Of a stretch of 64,000 bases of DNA, positions 1-9,644 are shown piece by piece. This stretch comes from an uncultured bacterium. GTDB lineage: Bacteria > Acidobacteriota > Thermoanaerobaculia > Multivoradales > JAHZIX01. The notes below the pieces were generated by a model. The model worked only from the letters and a program-made list of their open reading frames with translations, was not told the origin of the DNA and searched no databases. Made by a program: the position numbers and the translations under genes. The stretch is from positions 160,001-224,000 of the forward strand of contig CBDUPA010000009.1 in the NCBI GenBank assembly GCA_965368975.1, read 5' to 3'. Position 1 is the first letter of the stretch. Each line of letters begins with the position of its first letter.

Positions 1-56
1 TCGACCAGGGCCTCGCGCATCCAACGCTGATCGTCGTTCATGGTGACGTCGCTCAT
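1..56 (-). CDS. 5' end of a gene running off the window; probable tRNA adenosine deaminase (TadA) or related cytidine-deaminase-family protein
   Basis: Reverse strand reads MSDVTMNDDQRWMREALV..., matching the D-x-x-W/F-M-x-x-A-L first helix of TadA/RibD deaminases. A TAGAAT -10-like hexamer lies upstream at 111-116. Only 18 codons are visible. Confidence 0.45.
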   Translation of the reverse strand, partial: MSDVTMNDDQRWMREALV

Positions 57-192
57 CGTGGCGTACGCAAGACACAGCGGCAGAACCCGCCGCGCGCTAA
101 CGGAACGCGCATTCTAACCGAAGGGCCCGGCGGTCGTAAACCTCGAGTTGTCCAATCTAGCCAGCGCAGAGCCCTCATTGCGGCCCTCGCGC

Positions 193-2907
193 TCAGAATT
201 CATACGTCAGCCGCGTGTAGTAGTGACCACCGTTGAAACCGAAGGGCGCCGTCCTCCGCGGATACACGAAGATACCGTTGAACGATAGGTCGTCGCGGTT
301 CTCGTCCGGGTAGACGTCGAACACGTTGTTGGCGCCGACGGACAGCCCGAGGCCGTTGCCCAGGTCGTAGGAGAGGTCGAAGTCGGTCAACCACTTGCCC
401 GTCGAGACCATGTCGCGGCTGGGGTCCGACGCCACCTCGACCGTCTTGACCGCACCAAACTTGTTGAAGCGCAGCAGGGCAGAGAAGCGGTCGACACTCA
501 GCTTGGCCGTCAGATTGTACAGCTCCCGCGGCTGCGCGCTCTCCATCCGCTCGCGCTCGATACGATCGAACAATCTCTCGCCCAGACCGGCCAACACCGG
601 TGGTGTCCGTACCGTGCCCACGACCTCCGTCTGGTTCCAGTTGGCAGCACCCGTCAGCGACAGCGTCGCGCGCGGTCCGACCGCGCGTGCCCAGGAGATC
701 ACCAGGTCGACACCCTCGGTCTCCGTATCCACCGCGTTGGTAAAGAACTGCGCCGCACTCACGCCCAGCGGGCCGAGCACATCCTGGATCGGGCCACCCC
801 CCGCCTCGGCGCGGAACTGCCCGGAGACGACGATACGATCATCGATCTCGATACGGAAAAAGTCCGCCGTGACCGACACATTCCGCGACGGTCGCCAGGT
901 GAAGCCGGCGGAGTAGTTGGTCGAGGTCTCTTCCTTCAGCGCCGGAACGCCAAAGCCTTGCGCCACGGCACTGTCGTTGCGGAAGGTCCCCACTTCGAAA
1001 GGAACCAGTTCGCCGCTCGTCTCGTCGAAGACGAACTGCGTCGAGGTGTTGTTGAAGTAAGCCTGATGCAGGGACGGAGCGCGGAAGCCAGTGCTCAACG
1101 AGCCACGCAGAGCAAAGTCGTCGCTCAACTCCTGGCGGACCGCCACTTTGCCGCTGACGTTGTCACCAAAGTCATCGTAGTCCTCGTAGCGAGCAGCAAT
1201 CGCGACCAGGGTGCGATCAGAGAGGTTGAACTCCAGATCGCCGTAGATGCCGACATTGTCGCGCGACTCGTCGACCTCGTTGCTCGGGCGAAATCCCGGG
1301 AACACCTGAATGCCCGGAGCCGCCACACCACCGTACTGGTCCGGCACCCCGCCATCGATCCACGACGCCTCTTCTCCCGCCTCGATCTCGTAGTTGTCTC
1401 GGCGCCACTCGACGCCAAAGGCGACATTGACCGGCGAGCGTAGGCCCCAATCGACCGTGCCGAAGACGTCCACGTTGAAGCTCGTCTGCTGGAAGTTCAG
1501 CGTCCCGGCTTCCGCCTCCGTCGGGCTGCCGACTCCAAGAGACACATTATTGGAGTTTGTAATGTCGAAAGCAAAGCTGTTGTCTCCATGCGTCAGACTC
1601 GCATCGACGGACCAACGACGGAAGATCTTGCGCAGACCGACGCTCAACGACGCATCGTCGACCTCAGTGTTGATCAGCGGCAGGAAACCATCTGGATGGA
1701 TCTCGGGCACGGTACGCGCGTCGAGAGCACGGCGATAGAAGCCGCCGGACTCGCCCTCACGCTGCGAAATGCCCCCAAAGAAGTAGGCGTCGGTGCTGTC
1801 ATTGATCGGCACCAGCGAGTTCGCGAAAAGGTAGAGGTTCTCCGATTCGGCATCGCCGTAGCGATGATTGAGCCGGTCGAACGTCGCCTCCCGCGGGTCC
1901 GGCGAGCCATCAGGCAGCAGGTTGTACTGCTGGCGCGGATCTGGACCTGCACGATTCGTCAGACCGCGGTCCCGATACTCGGCGGTCAGGTTGAAGTAGC
2001 CGCGGTCCCCGATCGTCCACCCCTTGTTGGCACTGACCTGCACGACCTCGCCGTCCCCCTCGAACTGCTCTCCCAGGCTGACGCCCACCCGCGTCTTCTC
2101 GGTAGCGCCCTTGAGCACGATGTTGATGACACCCGCAATGGCGTCCGAACCGTATTGCGCCGCCGCCCCGTCGCGCAGGATCTCCACGCGTTCAATGGCA
2201 CTGGCCGGAATGGCGTTCAGATCGACGCCAGCGGTGCCGCGTCCGACCGAACCGTTGACGTGCACCAACGCACTGGTGTGGCGTCGCTTGCCATTGATCA
2301 GCACCAACGTCTGATCCGGGCCCAAGCCTCGCAGGGTCGAGGGCCGCACGATATCGGTGCCGTCGCTGATGGTCGACGTCGAGTGGTTGAACGAGGGTGC
2401 GAGGAACTGGATCTGCCGGCTCGTTTCCGTCAGGCCGCCGGCCGACAGATCTTCGCTGCTCAGCACGTCGACAGGTACCGGCGTTTCGAGCGTCGTGCGT
2501 GCGGCGCGGGAACCGACCACGATCAGCTCCTCGCCGAAGCTGGCCAAGGCCGGCTGGAGAGCAAAGTCCACCGTCGTCGCGTCTCCGGCCTCTACCGTGA
2601 CCCTCTTCTCTTGCAACTCGAAGCCGGGCGCCGTGGCCAGGACAAGATAGCTCCCCGGCGGAACACTCACGCGATACCCACCCGTACCGTTGGCTCGGGC
2701 TTCGCGCTGGACTTCCACCACCAAGATCGTTGCACCCGCCACGGCGGTGCCGTCCTCCGCGTTCGTCACTGTTCCCGCCAAGGTCGCCGCCTCCGCCTGC
2801 AGCTCGCTCGCGCTGACCAACGCGGTCCAAAGGCCCACAACCACCAGCAACGCCGTCCACGCTCGACTCATTCGCACTCTTCTCATCGCTCTCTCCTCTC
2901 GAAACAC
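193..2907 (-). CDS. TonB-dependent outer-membrane receptor with N-terminal carboxypeptidase-regulatory-like domain
   Basis: Signal peptide; plug motifs LRGLGPDQTLVLINGKR and IERVEILRDGAAAQYGSDAIAGVINI; beta-barrel strands; C-terminal Phe (LTYEF). Confidence 0.95.
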   Translation of the reverse strand: MFREERAMRRVRMSRAWTALLVVVGLWTALVSASELQAEAATLAGTVTNAEDGTAVAGATILVVEVQREARANGTGGYRVSVPPGSYLVLATAPGFELQEKRVTVEAGDATTVDFALQPALASFGEELIVVGSRAARTTLETPVPVDVLSSEDLSAGGLTETSRQIQFLAPSFNHSTSTISDGTDIVRPSTLRGLGPDQTLVLINGKRRHTSALVHVNGSVGRGTAGVDLNAIPASAIERVEILRDGAAAQYGSDAIAGVINIVLKGATEKTRVGVSLGEQFEGDGEVVQVSANKGWTIGDRGYFNLTAEYRDRGLTNRAGPDPRQQYNLLPDGSPDPREATFDRLNHRYGDAESENLYLFANSLVPINDSTDAYFFGGISQREGESGGFYRRALDARTVPEIHPDGFLPLINTEVDDASLSVGLRKIFRRWSVDASLTHGDNSFAFDITNSNNVSLGVGSPTEAEAGTLNFQQTSFNVDVFGTVDWGLRSPVNVAFGVEWRRDNYEIEAGEEASWIDGGVPDQYGGVAAPGIQVFPGFRPSNEVDESRDNVGIYGDLEFNLSDRTLVAIAARYEDYDDFGDNVSGKVAVRQELSDDFALRGSLSTGFRAPSLHQAYFNNTSTQFVFDETSGELVPFEVGTFRNDSAVAQGFGVPALKEETSTNYSAGFTWRPSRNVSVTADFFRIEIDDRIVVSGQFRAEAGGGPIQDVLGPLGVSAAQFFTNAVDTETEGVDLVISWARAVGPRATLSLTGAANWNQTEVVGTVRTPPVLAGLGERLFDRIERERMESAQPRELYNLTAKLSVDRFSALLRFNKFGAVKTVEVASDPSRDMVSTGKWLTDFDLSYDLGNGLGLSVGANNVFDVYPDENRDDLSFNGIFVYPRRTAPFGFNGGHYYTRLTYEF

Positions 2908-3011
2908 CTTGGCTCATCGAACCTGATCAGTATGAAGAGGCAACAACCTCCAAGCAAGCCCGCGCAGGCCCGCCGCGCCTCACAGACAGACTTCGATATG
3001 CTCGCCGCGCC

Positions 3012-3512
3012 ATGGACACAAGTACTACCGCCCACCACGGTCTCGACGCCCGCCCGAGTGACGTGCGCAAAACCCTACCGCGCGCCCTGGACCTCTGCTC
3101 CGCGCGCTGGGAGCCAGCCGAGAAGTCCGACTTGCCGCCGGACGCCGCCTGGGCCGGTCGCCTCCGCCTCCCCGTCAGTGCCGGCCTGCGCCACGGCGAA
3201 CTCACCGGCACTTTGGTCGCAACCGGGAAAGACGGCGGCTGCAGCCTCGAGTTGCACGTCGAGGACAGTCACTATCGGGTGCACCGACCAGCACTCATGC
3301 TGCTGCTGATCGCGGGACTCGGTGCTGTCATCCTGCTGCTCGCACCGATCCTCATGATCTTCTGGCCCCCCTTCCTCAACGCCGTACCCCTCGGAATCGT
3401 CCTGGCGCTGGGAGGTTGGTTCCTCGTGGTCTCGCGCCTACGCACCTTCCAGGCCGCAGACTTCCTCAAGCTGCTCGAAGATCTGACGGCGGGCAAAGAC
3501 CCGGACGGCTAG
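3012..3512 (+). CDS. Hypothetical membrane protein (two C-terminal TM helices)
   Basis: 166-aa ORF with GC-rich third positions and two hydrophobic segments; TATGCT -10-like hexamer 9 nt before the ATG. Confidence 0.7.
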   Translation: MDTSTTAHHGLDARPSDVRKTLPRALDLCSARWEPAEKSDLPPDAAWAGRLRLPVSAGLRHGELTGTLVATGKDGGCSLELHVEDSHYRVHRPALMLLLIAGLGAVILLLAPILMIFWPPFLNAVPLGIVLALGGWFLVVSRLRTFQAADFLKLLEDLTAGKDPDG

Positions 3513-3576
3513 CGTCCAGCCGGAATCGCCGAGGAATACTGGTCACGGGTTCCGTGTTACTCTAGATATGGACCCT

Positions 3577-3930
3577 GGGGGCGTACATGGCTTCGACGGG
3601 AAACGAAGACGACTCCGGGGGCTGCGTGTCGAGCATCCGCTCGTAAAACGGCTAACATACCTGCCAACGATAACTACGCTCTCGCGGCTTGACCGCGACG
3701 TCCCTCCAGCACGCCCTGATCTACGGCAGCTGGTACGGGCGACGCTAAAGTAGATCACTCGACGGCCAAGGTCTCGTGAGGTCGTCGCAGTATTCACCGA
3801 GGCTGGCTGGGACTCAAGGTGGCTTCCACCGGCGCCGTTCCGGCGAGATTTAGCGAAGCGAAGATACACACGTAGATGCCCCTAAAGGCGTGTTTCTCGG
3901 ACGCGGGTTCGACTCCCGCCGCCTCCACCA
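3577..3930 (+). ncRNA. ssrA: tmRNA (transfer-messenger RNA), tag peptide (A)ANDNYALAA
   Basis: 5' GGGGGCGTACATGGCTTCGACGGG; 3' T-arm and acceptor GCGGGTTCGACTCCCGCCGCCTCCACCA; tag reading frame GCC AAC GAT AAC TAC GCT CTC GCG GCT TGA at 3663-3692; length 354 nt. Confidence 0.97.
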
Positions 3931-3958
3931 ATCTCTCTCCCGACCGACCTCTCAGCGG

Positions 3959-5071
<1,113 letters not shown>

Positions 5072-5173
5072 GGTCCGGCCCTCGGGATCGAGCGCGGAAC
5101 CCGATCTTCCGCGCCCAAGATTTCGCTTGTCCTGCGTCGACACTCAAGCGTCGACGCTCAGAAATGCACGCCG

Positions 5174-5560
5174 TCAGAAATCTACACTGTCCGGATCGAT
5201 GCCGCCGGGCACTTCTTCTTCTTCGTCCTCGGACACCCCGGCACTCTTGTCGAGACACTCGTGGACCCACTGAAGGAAGCTGCGGTCACCGTGCTGGATC
5301 TGGAACGCCAGAATCTCAGGCAGGTCGTAGCTGTGGAATTCGCGGATCGTCTCGTTGACCTCAGTGAACTCGGCCTCGCTCGTCTTGATCACCAGCATCA
5401 ACTCGCCATCGCTGCAGATCTTGCCCTGCCAGCGATAAATAGACCGGACGCCCGGAATGATGTTGACGCAGGCGGCCTGTCGCCTACACAACAGCTCGCG
5501 GGCGATCAGATTCGCCTGGTCTTCGGTGCCGACTGTCGTGACTACGGTGATCGCGCTCAT
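5174..5560 (-). CDS. cutA: Divalent-cation tolerance protein CutA with acidic C-terminal tail
   Basis: AACVNIIPGVRSIYRWQGKI and HSYDLPEI motifs. Confidence 0.93.
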   Translation of the reverse strand: MSAITVVTTVGTEDQANLIARELLCRRQAACVNIIPGVRSIYRWQGKICSDGELMLVIKTSEAEFTEVNETIREFHSYDLPEILAFQIQHGDRSFLQWVHECLDKSAGVSEDEEEEVPGGIDPDSVDF

Positions 5561-5676
5561 GGCGGCGCGACCTTACTGCACAGACTGCCCTGAGTCAATC
5601 TCCAAGCCCCCCGTGGCCGCCCCGCCAGCCCACCGCTCTGGCCCACAGGCACTGCTTTCGGGTACATTCAACACCT

Positions 5677-6417
5677 ATGGGCAAGAGAAAGGCCACCGCC
5701 ACGTCGGAAGCTCCAGCCAAGCAGCGTCAGGAATCGGACGCCGCTCGCTCGCCCCACGACCTACGAAGCAGCACACGCATCTGGCTGGAAGCGATCCTCA
5801 TCGCCCTGCTCTTTCTGCGCTTCGCCAACACCTTCGTGCTCCAGACCTTCTACATCCCCAGCGAGTCCATGGTCGAAACGCTCTTGATCGGCGACCACCT
5901 CTTCGTCAACCGCTTCATCTACTCCGGCGACCACGAAGAGGGGAGTTCCTTCCTGCCACAGCGGCCCGTCGAGCGCGGCGACATCGTCATCTTCGACTCC
6001 CTGGAACAACCGGGCCAGGATGTGGTCAAGCGCTGCATCGCCATCGGTGGTGACACAGTCGAGATCCACGGTACCCGCACCCTGATCAACGGCCAGATGC
6101 TGGAAGACGACACCTACGTCAAATACCGCCGCAGCGCCGGCTTCCGCTACCGTTTCGGTCCCGTCACCGTGCCCCAAGGCCACGTCTTCTGCATGGGTGA
6201 CAACCGCGACTCGTCCTACGACTCGCGCGCCTGGGGTCCGCTGCCACTCGATCGCATCAAGGGCCGCGCGTCGATGATCTACTGGTCCTACAGCGGCGAC
6301 GTGTCGGACGGCACCAGCGAAGAAAGCCTCGCCGTGCGCTTGCGTCGCGGAATCGGCATGCTGCTGCAGGCACCGATCCGCACCCGTTGGGATCGCATGT
6401 TCGACGTCGTGAAGTAG
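5677..6417 (+). CDS. lepB: Signal peptidase I (first copy)
   Basis: TM helix; IPSESM (catalytic Ser); VKRCIA (catalytic Lys); MGDNRDSSYDSRAWG. Confidence 0.93.
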   Translation: MGKRKATATSEAPAKQRQESDAARSPHDLRSSTRIWLEAILIALLFLRFANTFVLQTFYIPSESMVETLLIGDHLFVNRFIYSGDHEEGSSFLPQRPVERGDIVIFDSLEQPGQDVVKRCIAIGGDTVEIHGTRTLINGQMLEDDTYVKYRRSAGFRYRFGPVTVPQGHVFCMGDNRDSSYDSRAWGPLPLDRIKGRASMIYWSYSGDVSDGTSEESLAVRLRRGIGMLLQAPIRTRWDRMFDVVK

Positions 6418-6423
6418 CGACTC

Positions 6424-7281
6424 ATGCCCGAACCCACGGAGCCCACCCTCGCGGCCACGACACCGGCAACCGAACCGGAGGCACCAGAAGACGCCCTCCG
6501 GGACGCCGCTTCCAAGACAGCTCTGGCCACGCGCCCGCCCAGAACCGTAGCCCAACACAAGCCAGTTCTACGCGAGTATCTCGACGCACTGATGATCGCG
6601 GTGCTCCTGGCGCTCTTCCTACGCACGTTCCTCCTGCAGCCATTCAAGATCCCCACCGGCTCGATGGAGACCAACCTGCTCATCGGCGACCACCTGCTGG
6701 TCAACAAGTTCATCTACGGCGCCACCGTTGCGCCCTCCGAACGGGCGTTGCTGCCCCTTCGTGCCATCCGCCGGGGCGATGTCGTGGTGTTCAAGTTCCC
6801 GCAGGATGCTTCGAGGGATTTCATCAAGCGCTGTGTCGCACTGCCGGGTGATCAGGTCGAGATCGTCGACAAACGCTTGTGGGTGAACGGGAGCGAGGTC
6901 GACGACGACAGCTACGTGCGGCATGAAGACCCCCGCGTCTACCCTCGATCCCTCTACCTACACGACAATTTCCGCAAGCGCGACAACTTCGGCCCCTATA
7001 TCGTGCCGGAGAACACCTACTTCTGTCTCGGCGACAATCGAGACAACTCGCACGACTCGCGCTTCTGGGGCCCCGTCCCCGCCGCCTACGTCAAGGGACG
7101 CGCCTGGATGGTCTACTGGTCCTTGGCCCCGATGACCAAGAAAGCCCGGCCCGCCCACCGAGACGCTCGAGCAGCCCTCGAAGCCGGTGCCGACACTCAC
7201 CCGGCGGCCGGCGCTGAGCCGCCCGCGCGCAGCGCCTTCGCGCGAACCCGCTGGGCTCGTACCCTGCGCCTCGTTCGCTAG
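6424..7281 (+). CDS. lepB: Signal peptidase I (second copy)
   Basis: IPTGSM; FIKRCVA; LGDNRDNSHDSRFWG. Confidence 0.93.
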   Translation: MPEPTEPTLAATTPATEPEAPEDALRDAASKTALATRPPRTVAQHKPVLREYLDALMIAVLLALFLRTFLLQPFKIPTGSMETNLLIGDHLLVNKFIYGATVAPSERALLPLRAIRRGDVVVFKFPQDASRDFIKRCVALPGDQVEIVDKRLWVNGSEVDDDSYVRHEDPRVYPRSLYLHDNFRKRDNFGPYIVPENTYFCLGDNRDNSHDSRFWGPVPAAYVKGRAWMVYWSLAPMTKKARPAHRDARAALEAGADTHPAAGAEPPARSAFARTRWARTLRLVR

Positions 7282-7322
7282 CCTGTTTCGCTGAGCCTGT
7301 TTCGCTGAGCCTCCTTCGTTGA
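7268..7322. repeat. Tandem 14-nt repeat x4 (GCCTGTTTCGCTGA) beginning in the last codons of lepB2
   Basis: GCCTCGTTCGCTA / GCCTGTTTCGCTGA / GCCTGTTTCGCTGA / GCCTCCTTCGTTGA, read directly. Confidence 0.9.
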
Positions 7323-7417
7323 GCGATAGAGACACCCCGAGCGACCCCGGCCGTCGCGCTTGCGGTACACTTCCGTTCCCCCCCAGCCTGAACCACACGA
7401 GAGGAGGCCTTGAGACC

Positions 7418-7807
7418 ATGCTCTTTCACACCTCGGAGGGTCACCGTAGACAGCGCGGCGAGGGTCGCCTCGGCTGCATGCTGTGGACTGCGGTGCTGAT
7501 CATCGCCATCGTCACCGCTTGGAAAATGATTCCAGTCAAGGTTGACAGCGCGGAACTCGAATCATTCATGGACGAACAGGCGAAGTTCTCGGCGCGCCGC
7601 TCAGCACCCGAGATCAAGAAGGAAATCCTGAAGCACGCGCGCGAGCTCGACCTACCGGTCGAGGAGAAGTGGATCGACGTCGAGAAAAGCGACGGCAACG
7701 ACGAGATCAGCATGCGCGTCCAGTACACGGTGCCAATCGACTTCTACCTCTTCACCTACGAGTGGGACTTCGATATCCAGGTTGACCGCAACATCTACAT
7801 CTTCTAG
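7418..7807 (+). CDS. DUF4845-like single-TM protein with pilin-like N-terminus
   Basis: RQRGEG followed by a hydrophobic helix and a short beta-rich domain; GAGGAGG RBS before ATG 7418; position downstream of lepB is typical of DUF4845. Confidence 0.65.
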   Translation: MLFHTSEGHRRQRGEGRLGCMLWTAVLIIAIVTAWKMIPVKVDSAELESFMDEQAKFSARRSAPEIKKEILKHARELDLPVEEKWIDVEKSDGNDEISMRVQYTVPIDFYLFTYEWDFDIQVDRNIYIF

Positions 7808-9644
7808 CCAGTCACATGGTTCCCGTGGCTTCGCGGCCGCCGCCCTGTGGCGGCTGCGCGCCCGGTTTCGCGCGCTCTCGGGCGGCGCCTCCGGCGGCGT
7901 CCTGCTGCTGATCTGCGGTACCCTGCCCGGGCTCGTCGCGGGCAGTCACTTGGCTGGCCTGCTGTTCTTCCTCAACCCCGACGTCCCCTTCTCCAGCTGG
8001 ACCGTCACGCGTCTCACCGGTGCCTATGCGCTGCTCTTGGGCGCCGTCAGTCTACTGCTCAGCTTTGTGTTGTTTCGACGCCGGCCGCGAGCTGCTCGCC
8101 GCTTTCTGCCGTGGGCCTTGACCACCGTGTTGACGGCCTCCGCGCTGCTCTGCTGGACCCACGCCTCGCACTTCGCCTTCTACCTTCCATCTGGCATCAA
8201 CGAGCGGCTGATCAAGGTCGCGGTCGCCATGACCGTGCTGGCACTGGTCGCGTTCTACACGGCGCTCCTGCACAGCGTGCACCGGCGCCGCTACGGTTGG
8301 CGCAGCGTCCTCGGCTTCGCTCTGATGGTGCTGCTCTCAGTCTTCGTCACCGTGGAGCGGCGCGAAGCCTTCCAGCCCAAGCCACCGCCACTGCGCACCG
8401 GTGCATTGTTCGCGGAGACGCCGCGGCCACGACTGCTGCTGATCGCCATCGAGTCGGCGACGATCGATGCCGTATTGCCACTCGCGGAGCAAGGTCGCTT
8501 ACCGTTCTTCGCCATGCTTCTGCGCGAAGGCACCCACGGACGCCTGCAGACGGTGCGCCCATATCGTCGCGCCACCGCTTGGACGTCCCTTCTCACCGGC
8601 AAGGATCCACACCGCCACGGAATCGTCAGCGAGGAGCTGTACCCACTACCGTTCCTCGGCGCCGAGCAGGAATTGCGCCTGCTGCCCGCTGGCCTTGCTT
8701 TCTCTACCTGGGGCACCTTCGGCGCCGAGCCGATCGCGGTCGACAGCACGCACTGCACGAGCCTCACCCTGCCGCAAGTACTGTCGCGCCTGCAGGTGCC
8801 GTCGGGCATGCTCGGCTGGCCGCACAGTGATCCGGTCGACCCGTACCTGGCCTTTGCGCTTTCCGAGACCTTCTTCCGCGATCCCGCCGAGGATCCGCGC
8901 GAGCCGCGACGGCACGCTCAGCCCGAGAGCCTTACCGCCCGCGCGCAGCTGTTCCACGTCGACGAGCACGAATTGGACCCAGTCTCCGTCTCTCGTTTCG
9001 GTGACCCGGCGCCCGCCCAGGTCGTGCACGCCCTGGCACAAGACGACTGGCGCCAATCGTTGACCCTCTACCAGCAGGAACACCGGGCCGACGTACGCGC
9101 GCTCTTCGTCGCGCTGCCCGGACTCGGGGAGGTCTCGCGGCACTACTACGCCGGCTATGCGGACGTACAGTTCAACGCTGCGCAGGATCCTGACGAACTC
9201 CGCGCCGCCGAACTCTTGGCCGCCTACTATGGCGAACTCGACACCTTCCTCCAGAACCTCTGGCAGCGCATCGGCGAGGAACCCGCCATCCTCGCGGTCG
9301 TGTCACCTGCAGGCATGGCGGAACCGCCGCCGCTCGGCAGCCTGTGGAACAGCCTGCGCGGTAGGCCGCTCGAAGGTACGCAGCAGGAGGCTCCCGATGG
9401 CCTGCTTCTGCTCCACGGTGCCGGCATCCGCCGCGGTGGCCAACTGACCAGCGCCCGCTTGACCGACGTCGTACCAACCCTCCTGTATGCCCTCGGTTAC
9501 CCGATCGCTCGCGACTTCGACGGCAAGGTGCTGACGCTGGCTCTCGACCCCGCTCTCCTGGCCCACCAGCCACTCACCTTCGTCCCCTCCTACGAGCCGC
9601 TACCCCCACCCGCCTCCGCGACCACGACCCGCAACCCGACGTAG
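7782..9644 (+). CDS. Multi-TM membrane protein with C-terminal alkaline-phosphatase/phosphodiesterase-superfamily domain
   Basis: About 5 TM helices, then RLLLIAIESAT, WTSLLTGKDPHRHGI, DGLLLLHG and DVVPTLLYALG-x-P-x-x-x-DFDG. Metal ligands look degenerate. Start uncertain. Confidence 0.8.
   Translation: MTATSTSSSQSHGSRGFAAAALWRLRARFRALSGGASGGVLLLICGTLPGLVAGSHLAGLLFFLNPDVPFSSWTVTRLTGAYALLLGAVSLLLSFVLFRRRPRAARRFLPWALTTVLTASALLCWTHASHFAFYLPSGINERLIKVAVAMTVLALVAFYTALLHSVHRRRYGWRSVLGFALMVLLSVFVTVERREAFQPKPPPLRTGALFAETPRPRLLLIAIESATIDAVLPLAEQGRLPFFAMLLREGTHGRLQTVRPYRRATAWTSLLTGKDPHRHGIVSEELYPLPFLGAEQELRLLPAGLAFSTWGTFGAEPIAVDSTHCTSLTLPQVLSRLQVPSGMLGWPHSDPVDPYLAFALSETFFRDPAEDPREPRRHAQPESLTARAQLFHVDEHELDPVSVSRFGDPAPAQVVHALAQDDWRQSLTLYQQEHRADVRALFVALPGLGEVSRHYYAGYADVQFNAAQDPDELRAAELLAAYYGELDTFLQNLWQRIGEEPAILAVVSPAGMAEPPPLGSLWNSLRGRPLEGTQQEAPDGLLLLHGAGIRRGGQLTSARLTDVVPTLLYALGYPIARDFDGKVLTLALDPALLAHQPLTFVPSYEPLPPPASATTTRNPT

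Noticed and set aside
2908-3011. Riboswitch (e.g. cobalamin) upstream of the TonB receptor
   Set aside because: The spacer is only ~100 nt, is shared with a divergent gene and lacks recognisable riboswitch motifs.
1588-3309. Long antisense ORFs (e.g. 573 aa here; 428 aa at 10316-11602; 475 aa at 60026-61453)
   Set aside because: They shadow well-supported genes on the opposite strand, as expected in high-GC DNA, and show no recognisable motifs.
7268-7322. Short repeat arrays as CRISPR or REP elements
   Set aside because: Units are 12-16 nt, contiguous with no spacers, and differ between loci; no cas genes present.
5677-7807. Tandem lepB genes plus DUF4845-like gene as a novel system
   Set aside because: Duplicated signal peptidases and lepB-DUF4845 linkage are familiar arrangements, and both copies have normal catalytic motifs.
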